Positions 22,912 through 31,628 of a stretch of DNA of 32,000 nt are shown here, piece after piece (position 1 is the first letter of the stretch; each line of letters starts with the position of its first letter). The position numbers and the translations under genes are program-made. The stretch covers positions 270,001-302,000 of the forward strand of contig FP565575.1 in assembly GCA_000091165.1 (NCBI GenBank), read 5' to 3'. Origin of the DNA: Candidatus Methylomirabilis oxygeniifera. GTDB taxonomy: Bacteria > Methylomirabilota > Methylomirabilia > Methylomirabilales > Methylomirabilaceae. The notes below the pieces were generated by a model. That model was not told where the DNA came from and ran no database searches. It saw nothing but the letters and a program-made list of their open reading frames with translations.

Positions 22912-23027
22912 TTTGTAAATTGTAGTGAAGAGACCTCGCCAAGTAAATAGAATTCGCTTAATATGGCGTCGGCCGGGTTGTTATAAAGGCGCGTGTCGGA
23001 ACGTATTGAGGCTGCGGAGGTTCGTGA

Positions 23028-23993
23028 ATGGGGATTGTGGTGGTTATGATCGGCGCCGTCATGCTGGCGGTGACCTTTATTGCGGTGATGAAAAAATCTA
23101 CTCGAGAAGGCGTAGGCGCCTGGCTTGTGGAAAAGCCTCTCCGTATCTGGTGGCTTCCGTGTCTGCTGCTTATGCTTTACAGTATGGTCAGTGCGGCGGT
23201 CAGCCAGTGGAGCTTCAATGCCTTTACGCTGTTAGCGGTCTATTTTGGATTACCGACATTGCTGCTCTACTTGACCGGACCAAAATCCGGCACTGCACTG
23301 ACCGGGCGAGACCTGGCCATTAATTTTGCCGTGGTGTTGTGGATCTGGTTACTGATTGAGTTGAAGATTGTGAATACAAATTGGCTTCGCGTGCAGTTCG
23401 GCGGAGCCAAGTCGACTGCACTACCGTTGGGCGTCTATGCGGCTATCATTTATGCGCTTGTTGTTCTTTCCGGGTGGAGAAGATTTGATCTGAAGTGCGA
23501 TCTTTCCGTGAAAAGGTCCGACGTGCTCCCGACGGCGGCAACCTTCGGAATTTTAGCCATCACGCTGTTGTTGATTACGCTTTCTACCGGGCTGACCACG
23601 GTGGGAATCGCCAAGGTGGTGAGGCTGAATCCGCTTGGGGTTCCCCTGATTATCGCCGTGCCGGTCGCGGTATTCATCGCCGTTCCGATGATCTTTATGA
23701 GTATCGGAGTGGTTGAAGAAATACTGTTTCGCGACGCGATTCAGAATCTTCTTCGGCATCGTCTTGGGCCGATCTGTGCGCTGGTCGTTGCCTCTATCGT
23801 GTTTGGGCTGGCGCATGTGAATAAGAGAGCGCTAGGATTTGACGTGCCGAACTGGCCATACGCCGGGGTAGCCGCTATTGCCGGGTTAGGCTATGGATTT
23901 GTATTCTGGAAGACCAACTCTGTCATCGCATCTGCAACGGTCCACGCCATGGTAGACGCGATGTGGGTCCTCTTTCTGAGGGGCGGGAAATGA
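23028..23993 (+). CDS. CPBP-family (CAAX-protease-like) glutamic-type intramembrane protease
   Basis: The motifs are VVEEILFRDAI (EExxxR), FGLAHV (FxxxH) and ATVHAMVDAMW (HxxxD/N), in an 8-TM protein. The SD GCGGAGG precedes ATG 23028. Confidence 0.85.
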   Translation: MGIVVVMIGAVMLAVTFIAVMKKSTREGVGAWLVEKPLRIWWLPCLLLMLYSMVSAAVSQWSFNAFTLLAVYFGLPTLLLYLTGPKSGTALTGRDLAINFAVVLWIWLLIELKIVNTNWLRVQFGGAKSTALPLGVYAAIIYALVVLSGWRRFDLKCDLSVKRSDVLPTAATFGILAITLLLITLSTGLTTVGIAKVVRLNPLGVPLIIAVPVAVFIAVPMIFMSIGVVEEILFRDAIQNLLRHRLGPICALVVASIVFGLAHVNKRALGFDVPNWPYAGVAAIAGLGYGFVFWKTNSVIASATVHAMVDAMWVLFLRGGK

Positions 23994-24131
23994 GCGACCG
24001 GTGCTTGCAGGACGTGAGGCGGTTGCCGGGGGGAGGGTGATTCGCGAGGGAAGAAAAGGCGAGTGAGCGATGGTTCCCAATATTGTTCAGTGGCAGATCT
24101 GAACCTCGAAGAGGGAAAGGAGCCAGACATA

Positions 24132-25817
24132 ATGAATCGGCGAGGGATAGGGATCGTCGTTTTAATGGGTAGTCTCGTGATCCTGAGTGAGAAGGTTACA
24201 TGGGCCCAGGTTGCTCCGGAACGGTCGACAGCCATGAAGCAGACGGCGGAACGGGTTAAAGCCTTCGCAGAACGCATGCCCGAATCTGCGCGAAATATGC
24301 TCTCAAGTGGCGCTCTCAACCTGATTAATCTGGCGGAGCGGTGGGATCAGATTACACCGCACCTGCGACAAGCGCGACCGGCGTCTCGCCCCTCGGATCA
24401 ACCGACCGTGCCCCCCGACGTGGAAGAGGCTTTGGCGAATCGGATCCTGGCACCCAAACAGGTCTCGAACCCGGCTATAGACGTATCGTCCTCTCGCTTT
24501 ACCGGGTTTACCCAGAGTGAAACCTCGACCGCCTGGTGCGGGAACAATGTGGTAGTCGGTTTTAACGACTCTGGGAGTTATGTGGAGACATACTTTTCAT
24601 CCGGAGGATTGAGCTTTAATGGGGTTGCCCGCTCAACCAATAAGGGGGGGTCGTTTGCCGACTTGGGCCACCTGAACCCCGGGCCGGTGTTCACCGACTT
24701 TCTCGGGGGAGACCCGGTTATTGCGTGCAGCGATCCGAACACCTTCTACTACGCGTCGCTCTTCGCCAGGGCGGCAACCAGCGACATCTCAGTCTCAAAG
24801 TCGACTGACGGAGGGGCGACCTTTGGTAATCCGATCTCGGCGGTCAGTAAAAGTTCTCTCACACATTTTCCGGACAAACCGTGGATGGCTGTAGACCCCA
24901 CAAGTCCAAACCGACTCTTCGTCACCTATACAGACTTTGACTCCTCGGGCGCGATGTGCGGATTTGACGGCGGTGACCCCATCTTGAGAACCGCCATCGA
25001 ACTGGTCCGCTCGACAGATGGAGGGGTAAGCTGGGGCCCTCCCGTGGTGGTCCGTGAGGTCTGCGATCCTGACGGCGTTCAGGGCTCACAGGTAGCGGTC
25101 GGCCCCGCCGGCGAGGTCTATGTCGCCTGGGAAGCGTTCGCGGCCTCAGGGGCGAGCGAGATCGACATCCGGAAGTCCACGGATAATGGGTCGACGTTCG
25201 GGCCTTTGGTGAAGGTGAACGATGCGATCTGTGCGGGAAGTTGCGCGCGTCTCCAGGGTAACTTTCGCTCATCTGAATTCCCCACACTGGCCGTAGACCG
25301 ATCGGGTACCTCGACGAACGGCTACGTCTATATCGCCTGGAATGACGGTCGAAATCTGACGGTGCCGGATTTTTGGGTAGGGGCGTATGGGTATACTGAC
25401 ATCCTGTTCAGCCGCTCAACGGACGGCGGCGCGACCTGGTTGGCTCCTGTTCGGGTCAATAACAACCCCGAACCATTGTCGTCCGGTCTCGGAACCGACC
25501 AGTATCAGCCGGGGATCGCCGTGGACAAAGCGGGAAAGATCGGCGTCTGTTTCTATGATCGACGCCGGGACCCCAGTAATTTTCTGATCGACTGGGAATG
25601 CGCCTCCTCTAAGGATGCTGGGATCAGTTGGAAAAATAAGAAGATGACAAAGAAGAATTTTCCGGCGGTTCCGAGCCAGGATCTGTTGCTGAATTCCAGA
25701 TACATGGGGGACTACGACGGCCTGGCCAGTGATTTCACTAAAACGAACAGCGGTTTTATCGGCGCCTGGGGGGATAACTCCCTCGGTAACCCCGATATCA
25801 AGGCTGGGAAATTTTAG
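24132..25817 (+). CDS. secreted BNR/Asp-box repeat protein (sialidase-like beta-propeller fold)
   Basis: ATG 24132 follows GAAAGGAG. The signal peptide is MNRRGIGIVVLMGSLVILSEKVTWA. Four Asp-boxes are present: SKSTDGGATFG, RSTDGGVSWG, KSTDNGSTFG and SRSTDGGATWL. Confidence 0.8.
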   Translation: MNRRGIGIVVLMGSLVILSEKVTWAQVAPERSTAMKQTAERVKAFAERMPESARNMLSSGALNLINLAERWDQITPHLRQARPASRPSDQPTVPPDVEEALANRILAPKQVSNPAIDVSSSRFTGFTQSETSTAWCGNNVVVGFNDSGSYVETYFSSGGLSFNGVARSTNKGGSFADLGHLNPGPVFTDFLGGDPVIACSDPNTFYYASLFARAATSDISVSKSTDGGATFGNPISAVSKSSLTHFPDKPWMAVDPTSPNRLFVTYTDFDSSGAMCGFDGGDPILRTAIELVRSTDGGVSWGPPVVVREVCDPDGVQGSQVAVGPAGEVYVAWEAFAASGASEIDIRKSTDNGSTFGPLVKVNDAICAGSCARLQGNFRSSEFPTLAVDRSGTSTNGYVYIAWNDGRNLTVPDFWVGAYGYTDILFSRSTDGGATWLAPVRVNNNPEPLSSGLGTDQYQPGIAVDKAGKIGVCFYDRRRDPSNFLIDWECASSKDAGISWKNKKMTKKNFPAVPSQDLLLNSRYMGDYDGLASDFTKTNSGFIGAWGDNSLGNPDIKAGKF

Positions 25818-26254
25818 GGGTTCGCTCGACAGGAGGCGAGGACGGCCGCGAGGATACCGGCTTCATGGTGGCCGGTTGAGGCAAGCGGCCACCATGGCGA
25901 AGGCCGCATAAGGCGCAGATCGCTCTCGCCGTATCCAAGGATTCTGGCTGCAGCTCGAACCCGGGTTCCGCCTTGCTCGCCCGGGGAAAGGGCGATAGAA
26001 AGCTGGTAGATTCCCTTCGTCCACCGGATTGCCGCTCCCGCACGGTCGGTGACGGCGATCCGGTGGAGTGTTTCCAGATCGATCGGCCGTAACCCTGTCG
26101 TAATCATGCCCTGTTCTTCGTCAACACGGATGATCGATTCCCCTTGAGCGGTGACGACCGCCTGAACGCACCGAAAAGCAGACGGGAGGGGGCGATCCAG
26201 ATCGATTGTCAGCTCGGTCGAGGCTAATGTTACGAGGAGGAGAAGTCCTATCAT
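25814..26254 (-). CDS. hypothetical small exported protein
   Basis: This is the only long ORF in the 25818-26382 gap. It has a short hydrophobic N-terminus (MIGLLLLVTLAST) and acceptable codon bias. It overlaps the convergent BNR gene end by 4 nt. I recognise no family. Confidence 0.4.
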   Translation of the reverse strand: MIGLLLLVTLASTELTIDLDRPLPSAFRCVQAVVTAQGESIIRVDEEQGMITTGLRPIDLETLHRIAVTDRAGAAIRWTKGIYQLSIALSPGEQGGTRVRAAARILGYGESDLRLMRPSPWWPLASTGHHEAGILAAVLASCRANP

Positions 26255-26382
26255 TTTACATCACTCTACTCTTCGCTGTCGCAGTTGTGCGAATCCCTTT
26301 CCTTCCCCTAAGGCTAAAGTGTTTGGGTTGTGAAGTCAAATCCGCCGGGTCCGGACTTCCCGTCACTTGATCATCATGTCGT

Positions 26383-28956
26383 GTGCTAAGATACTGTTTC
26401 TCTCGCACATTTCTGCCGTTCTCGGAAGGAAAGACCAGGCTAAGGGGAAGCGTGGGTGAAACGGGACCGATCACCGCATTAGAGGCGCAAGACACCGAAC
26501 GGCGCCCGGAGATTGACGGCGTACGACGTCCGCTCGTACCGCTGGTCATTGCGTTTCTCCTGGGCATTGTGGCTACACACCTTCTGCAGCTTCCGGCTGT
26601 CGTCTGGCTGCTCGCCGGACTCGCAGCGGCCGGCCTCGCCCTGTTGAGCGCGGCGTATAGCCGACTTCTCGCTGCCGGCGCCTTTCTGCTGCTCGTATTC
26701 TTTTCCCTGGGCGCGGGTCGCCTCGGAGTCGAGTCCTCTCTCCTCCTCCCGCATCATATTGATCGTCTGCCCGAAGAGGTGTTAGAACAGCCGCTCCTGA
26801 TCGAAGGGGTTGTGGCCTCGTCAAGCGATCCCCCGGCGGTCGATATCGGGGGAGTCGAAAACGACGGGAAGCGAGTCCGGGTCCTTCTCGACCTGCGCAC
26901 CATATGGCCGGCCGGACGAGAGATCAGTGTCGCCGGGCGTGCGCGTCTCACCCTTCTGAACCCCGAGATTGTTCCTGCCTATGGGGAACGTCTTCGCGGG
27001 CAGTTCAAGCTTCGGCGGCCTCGAGGATACCGCAACCCCGGTGGGTTCGACTACCCGCTCTATCTCAGAAGTCAGGGCGTCGCACTTGAAGGATGGGCGG
27101 GTAAAGGCGATCCCATCGAGCGGCGAGGAACAGGCGAAGGGAGCAGGCCGCTTACCTTGGCCTATATGCTCCGCAATCGAATGATTCATGCTGTGCACAG
27201 CCTGCTTCCACCCGAGCAGGCCTCCCTGCTGGTCGCTATGACGCTCGGCGAGCGGTCCGGCATTCCGCGGCGGATCACCGAGGCGTTTACAACGTCCGGC
27301 ACCTATCACATTCTGGCCATTTCCGGTTTAAACGTCAGCCTCCTCGCCGGCGCACTGTTTTTTCTTCTGAGGGCCGTCCGTGTCCCGTTGCGCGTGAGCG
27401 CGCTGCTCTCAATGGGTCTCATCACCTTTTATGCAGTCCTTGCCGGCGGGAGCGCATCAGTGGTCAGGGCGGCCGTCATGGCCGACGTGTATCTGCTGGG
27501 ACTGGTCCTTGATCGGGAGGCCGATTCGCTCAATACCCTCGCCCTCTCAGCTCTCGGGCTTCTCCTCTGGCAACCTCTGTATCTGTTCGACGTCGGGTTT
27601 CAGCTTACCTTTGTGGCGACCGGAGCGATCGTGGTGGCGGTCAATCGGCTGCCGTCGGCTTCGCTGCCGGTGCCGTGGCGATGGGCTGTCACGCCGCTGG
27701 TATTGTCGATTGCAGCCTTCCTTGGGACCGCTCCGATCCTCGTCTCGACCTTCCATCGGCTCTCGCTTATCGGCATTCTGGCCAACCTCCCGATTGTGCC
27801 TTTGAGCGGTCTGTTGACAGGGGCAGGGATGCTGTTTGCCGTATTGGCGACGGTCGTTCCTCATTTCCTCGGGTGGTTTACAGTACTCATCGGATGGCTG
27901 ATCGATCTGCTGGTGGGCCTTGTCGGCTGGTTTGCGCGGCTGCCTTGTGCTTCGGTCCAGCTTTTTTCGCCGTCCATACCGATGGTGATCTGTTACTACG
28001 TGACCCTGGGAACGGCAATAGCGGCCATGGGACGCCGGTGGCTCCGCTATACCGCGCTCGCAGCCGCCGCGGCTTGTGTCGTCCTGATCGGCGTCCGCCT
28101 GTTGCCCATTTTTCAGAACGGCCCGCTACGGATGACCGTGCTCGATGTCGGACAAGGCGACGCAATTGTCCTGGAACTTCCCGGAAAGCGGACCATTCTC
28201 ATCGACGGCGGCGGCCTGTTCGATGATCGGTTTGATATCGGCGAGCAGGTGGTCGTTCCGTTCCTGCTATCCCGCTGGATCGGTCACCTGGATGCGGTGA
28301 TCCTGTCGCATCCGCATCCGGACCACCTGAACGGCCTGCAGGCCGTCCTGCGCCATATCCCGATCGGTCAGGTCTGGGATAGCGGCCAACGGACCGGTAT
28401 GCCGACCTATCTGTGGTTTGAAGAGGTGCTGCGCGACAAGCGGATCCCCCACAAGATCCTGCAGGACGGCTATCGGACGTCCGAGTTTGCGCCGGTGCAA
28501 ATCGCGGTACTGCATCCTTCGAGCCCGATGCTGCAAGGCTCTAAACGCGGCCGTTTCTCTGATGTGAACAGCAACTCGCTGGTCTTGAGCGTGAAGTACG
28601 GCAAGGTGACGCTGCTCTTGCCCGGCGACATTGAAGAAGAGGCAGAACGCCTGCTGCTTGAACAGGGAACGGATCTGCAGGCACAAGTCCTGAAGGTGCC
28701 GCACCACGGCGGACGAACCAGCAGCAGCGAGCCGTTCCTTGCCCGCGTCTATCCGAAGGTAGCGGTGGTCTCCGCCGGCTACCGCAACCGCTTCCGGCAC
28801 CCGCATCCGGAGACGCTGGATCGATACCGCGCAAATGGCATTCATCTGTACAGAACCGACCTGAACGGCGCAGTGACCGTATCGAGTGACGGCAACACTA
28901 TCGACGTGACGACCTTTCGGCAGTCCGGTCGGCGCTTCTGGCGGGATGGATGGTAG
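26383..28956 (+). CDS. comEC: DNA internalization-related competence protein ComEC/Rec2
   Basis: The central polytopic competence domain contains LLVAMTLGERSGIP...FTTSGTYHILAISGLNV. The C-terminal metallo-beta-lactamase domain contains LDVGQGDAIVLELPGKRTILIDGG and HPHPDHLNGL. The start is uncertain: GTG 26383 or GTG 26452. Confidence 0.9.
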   Translation: MLRYCFSRTFLPFSEGKTRLRGSVGETGPITALEAQDTERRPEIDGVRRPLVPLVIAFLLGIVATHLLQLPAVVWLLAGLAAAGLALLSAAYSRLLAAGAFLLLVFFSLGAGRLGVESSLLLPHHIDRLPEEVLEQPLLIEGVVASSSDPPAVDIGGVENDGKRVRVLLDLRTIWPAGREISVAGRARLTLLNPEIVPAYGERLRGQFKLRRPRGYRNPGGFDYPLYLRSQGVALEGWAGKGDPIERRGTGEGSRPLTLAYMLRNRMIHAVHSLLPPEQASLLVAMTLGERSGIPRRITEAFTTSGTYHILAISGLNVSLLAGALFFLLRAVRVPLRVSALLSMGLITFYAVLAGGSASVVRAAVMADVYLLGLVLDREADSLNTLALSALGLLLWQPLYLFDVGFQLTFVATGAIVVAVNRLPSASLPVPWRWAVTPLVLSIAAFLGTAPILVSTFHRLSLIGILANLPIVPLSGLLTGAGMLFAVLATVVPHFLGWFTVLIGWLIDLLVGLVGWFARLPCASVQLFSPSIPMVICYYVTLGTAIAAMGRRWLRYTALAAAAACVVLIGVRLLPIFQNGPLRMTVLDVGQGDAIVLELPGKRTILIDGGGLFDDRFDIGEQVVVPFLLSRWIGHLDAVILSHPHPDHLNGLQAVLRHIPIGQVWDSGQRTGMPTYLWFEEVLRDKRIPHKILQDGYRTSEFAPVQIAVLHPSSPMLQGSKRGRFSDVNSNSLVLSVKYGKVTLLLPGDIEEEAERLLLEQGTDLQAQVLKVPHHGGRTSSSEPFLARVYPKVAVVSAGYRNRFRHPHPETLDRYRANGIHLYRTDLNGAVTVSSDGNTIDVTTFRQSGRRFWRDGW

Positions 28957-29118
28957 TAATGCGCAATAAAGGTGCCTCTGTTGACGGCCCACCTTGGACC
29001 TATAGCCGAGCAGAAGCTTGTCGAATCGCTACTGAACGGGGAGATGACGCTGGAGCCGCTCACCTTTTTCGCGGGGAATGCGTTTGACAACAAGGTGGGC
29101 GTATGTTAAGAGACCCAC

Positions 29119-30360
29119 ATGGCTGCCCTTCAACCACCGAAGATCTACACCGTCAGCGACCTGACCACGGAGATTCGCGCGACCCTTGAAGGCTCGTTTG
29201 CCGGAATCTGGGTCGAGGGGGAGCTGTCCAATTTTCACCGGCACTCGTCGGGGCACATGTATTTCAGCCTTAAGGACGAGGGGAGCCAAATCCGGGTCGT
29301 GATGTTTCGGACGGCCAACCGGCAGCTCAGGTTCCAGCCGAAGGACGGACTGGTCCTGCTGGTGTACGGCGAGCTGAGCGTGTATGAGCGCCGTGGTGAA
29401 TATCAGCTTGTCGCAGAGTATATGGAACCGAAGGGCCTGGGGGCCCTGCAGCTCGCGTTTGAACAGCTCAAGCAGAGGCTGCAGGCGGAGGGGCTGTTTG
29501 ACGACGCCCGCAAGCGGCCGATCCCGTTGTTACCGAGGCGGATCGGAGTTGTGACGTCACCGACAGGGGCTGCCGTCCGCGATATCCTTCATGTGCTCCG
29601 ACGGCGTTTTGCCGGCGTCGATGTGTTGATTTGCCCCGTAGCGGTGCAGGGCGATCAGGCGGCCCCGGAGATCGTCGAGGCGCTCGGCGAATTGAATCGG
29701 CGGGGGGGACTGGACGTCGTGATTGTGGCCAGGGGGGGCGGTTCGATTGAGGACCTGCAGGCCTTTAATGAGGAGAGCGTCGCCAGAGCGATCGCGGCCT
29801 CCAGGATCCCGGTCATCTCGGCTATCGGCCATGAGATCGATTACACGATTGCTGATTTTGTAGCCGACCTTCGCGCTCCGACACCGTCTGCGGCCGCAGA
29901 GTTGGTCATTGCCCGGCAGGACGAGCTTCTGCAGCGGCTTGACGACCTGGGGTCACGGATGGCCGGCGTCATTCGGTCAAGGCTGCACGGTTTAGGGGTT
30001 CGGATAAGCGGGCTGGAACGGCACCTGCGACTGCTCAATCCGATTGAACAGATTCGAATGCAGCGGCGTTCCCTGACGGAGCGTTGGAAGGCCCTGACGG
30101 CTCTCGCCGATCGGCGATTGACGATGCTCCACGGCGAGCTGAAGGCAGCCGTCGGCAAGCTGGATGCGTTGAGCCCGCTGGCGATCCTCCATCGAGGCTA
30201 CAGTATCTGCCTTCGGCTTCCCGACCATGAGATTGTGAAAGACAGCTCGACGGTCGTTGCGGGTGATCTCGTTGAGGTTCGCCTCCATCGTGGCCGGTTG
30301 CGGTGCGACGTCCGTGAGGTCCAGGCCCCTACACCCTACACCCTACACCCTACACCCTAA
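29119..30360 (+). CDS. xseA: exodeoxyribonuclease VII large subunit
   Basis: N-terminal OB fold (YTVSDLTTEIRATLEGSFAGIWVEGELSNFHRHSSGHMYFSLKDE) and catalytic region (IGVVTSPTGAAVRDILHV...VARGGGSIEDLQAFN...GHEIDYTIADFVADLRAPTPSAAAE). xseB lies immediately downstream. Confidence 0.95.
   Translation: MAALQPPKIYTVSDLTTEIRATLEGSFAGIWVEGELSNFHRHSSGHMYFSLKDEGSQIRVVMFRTANRQLRFQPKDGLVLLVYGELSVYERRGEYQLVAEYMEPKGLGALQLAFEQLKQRLQAEGLFDDARKRPIPLLPRRIGVVTSPTGAAVRDILHVLRRRFAGVDVLICPVAVQGDQAAPEIVEALGELNRRGGLDVVIVARGGGSIEDLQAFNEESVARAIAASRIPVISAIGHEIDYTIADFVADLRAPTPSAAAELVIARQDELLQRLDDLGSRMAGVIRSRLHGLGVRISGLERHLRLLNPIEQIRMQRRSLTERWKALTALADRRLTMLHGELKAAVGKLDALSPLAILHRGYSICLRLPDHEIVKDSSTVVAGDLVEVRLHRGRLRCDVREVQAPTPYTLHPTP
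30327..30360 (+). repeat. heptanucleotide tandem repeat (CCCTACA) x4 plus partial copy ending in the xseA stop
   Basis: ccctaca occurs four times at 30327-30354, then ccctaa, where TAA 30358-30360 is the xseA stop. It encodes ...PTPYTLHPTP*. Confidence 0.95.
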
Positions 30361-30379
30361 CCTGTCGGTGGATGCAGAT

Positions 30380-30631
30380 ATGGCGGACGAGGTACCATTT
30401 GAAGAGGCTCTCAAGCAGCTCGATGCCATTGTCTCACGGCTCGAGGTCGGAGACCTTCCGCTTGAGGAGGCGTTATCGATCTTCGAGGAAGGGGTCCGGT
30501 TAACCAAGTTCTGCTCGGCCCGGCTGAGCGAAGCCGAGCAGCGGGTCAATATCCTGGTCCGCAGCGCCGAATCCTCCTCCAGCAGATTTGAAGAACAGCC
30601 GTTTGAGGAGGAGGGCGAGGAAGAGTTGTGA
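30380..30631 (+). CDS. xseB: exodeoxyribonuclease VII small subunit
   Basis: MADEVPFEEALKQLDAIVSRLEVGDLPLEEALSIFEEGVRLTKFCSARLSEAEQRVNILV is a classic XseB helical hairpin. It begins 19 nt after xseA. Confidence 0.9.
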   Translation: MADEVPFEEALKQLDAIVSRLEVGDLPLEEALSIFEEGVRLTKFCSARLSEAEQRVNILVRSAESSSSRFEEQPFEEEGEEEL

Positions 30632-30641
30632 GGAGGAATCC

Positions 30642-31580
30642 TTGACGCCGGAAGAGTTGAGACGATACCTGGACGAGCGGCGGCTGCTGGTCGACGAGGC
30701 TCTGGAGCAGTATCTTCCTCAGGCGAGCGACCCTCCGAAGGAGATCCATGAGGCGGTTCGCTATAGTGTCTTTGCAGGGGGTAAACGGCTGCGACCGATT
30801 CTGATCCTGGCGGCGACAGAGGCGGCGGGCGGACAGATGGAACAGGCGCTGGGTGCGGCGGCAGCCATCGAGATGATTCACACCTACTCCCTGATTCACG
30901 ACGACCTTCCGGCTATGGATGACGATGACTATCGCCGTGGGCGATTGACCTGTCATAAGGTCTACGGTGAGGCGATGGCCATTCTGGCGGGCGATGCGTT
31001 GCTGACGCAAGCGTTCATCCTTCTGTCGGCAGAAAACCCCCCGTGCCCCCCTTTAGCAAAGGGGGGGTGGGGGGATTTGAAGGGGGTGTATGATTCGGAG
31101 GCCCGCCTCATGGTGATCCGGGAAATCGCCGAGGCTGCGGGCAGCAAGGGGATGGTCGGCGGCCAAGTCGTGGATATGCTGCAAGAGGATCGGGAGATCG
31201 ATCTGCCGACGCTCACGTATCTGCACGAGCACAAGACCGGCGCCCTGATCCGGGTGTGCCTGCGCGTGGGAGGCATTCTTGCGTCGGCCGGATCGGAGCA
31301 GATGGAGGCCCTCACCCGCTATGGCGAGCGGATCGGACTCGCCTTTCAGATCGTAGACGATATCCTGGATCTGGAAGGGAGCCTGGAGGTCTTGGGCAAA
31401 CAGGCCGGAAGCGATCTCCGCAAGAAGAAGGCGACCTTTCCGGCGCTGCTTGGGATCGAGGAGTCGCGGCGATGGGCTCATCGATTGGTATCGGAAGCGC
31501 AGGAGGCCGTGGCCGTCTTTGGCGACCGCGGGGTGGCGCTGCAGGCGATTGCCGAGTTCGTTGTCATGCGCCGGGGGTGA
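30642..31580 (+). CDS. ispA: (2E,6E)-farnesyl/geranylgeranyl diphosphate synthase (trans-polyprenyl synthetase)
   Basis: FARM motif LIHDDLPAMDDDDYRRG, SARM motif FQIVDDILD, and KTGALI. The TTG 30642 start sits 5 nt after AGGAGG (30631-30636). The track start 30588 would overlap xseB. Confidence 0.9.
   Translation: MTPEELRRYLDERRLLVDEALEQYLPQASDPPKEIHEAVRYSVFAGGKRLRPILILAATEAAGGQMEQALGAAAAIEMIHTYSLIHDDLPAMDDDDYRRGRLTCHKVYGEAMAILAGDALLTQAFILLSAENPPCPPLAKGGWGDLKGVYDSEARLMVIREIAEAAGSKGMVGGQVVDMLQEDREIDLPTLTYLHEHKTGALIRVCLRVGGILASAGSEQMEALTRYGERIGLAFQIVDDILDLEGSLEVLGKQAGSDLRKKKATFPALLGIEESRRWAHRLVSEAQEAVAVFGDRGVALQAIAEFVVMRRG
31032..31081 (+). repeat. G/C-run palindromic repeat family, copy 5, embedded in-frame in ispA
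   Basis: GAAAACCCCCC-gtg-CCCCCCTTT-agc-AAAGGGGGG-gtg-GGGGGATTTGAA. Read in the ispA frame it gives ENPPCPPLAKGGWGDLK. Confidence 0.8.
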
Positions 31581-31628
31581 TGGAACATCACGAACCCTGT
31601 CCTCAGCATGGTCGAAGGATCGGTTCAG

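Noticed and set aside
30327-30360. Telomere-like repeat, because the CCCTAA ending resembles the vertebrate or plant telomere strand
   Set aside because: The unit is CCCTACA, with only four copies, embedded between xseA and xseB in a normal bacterial operon.
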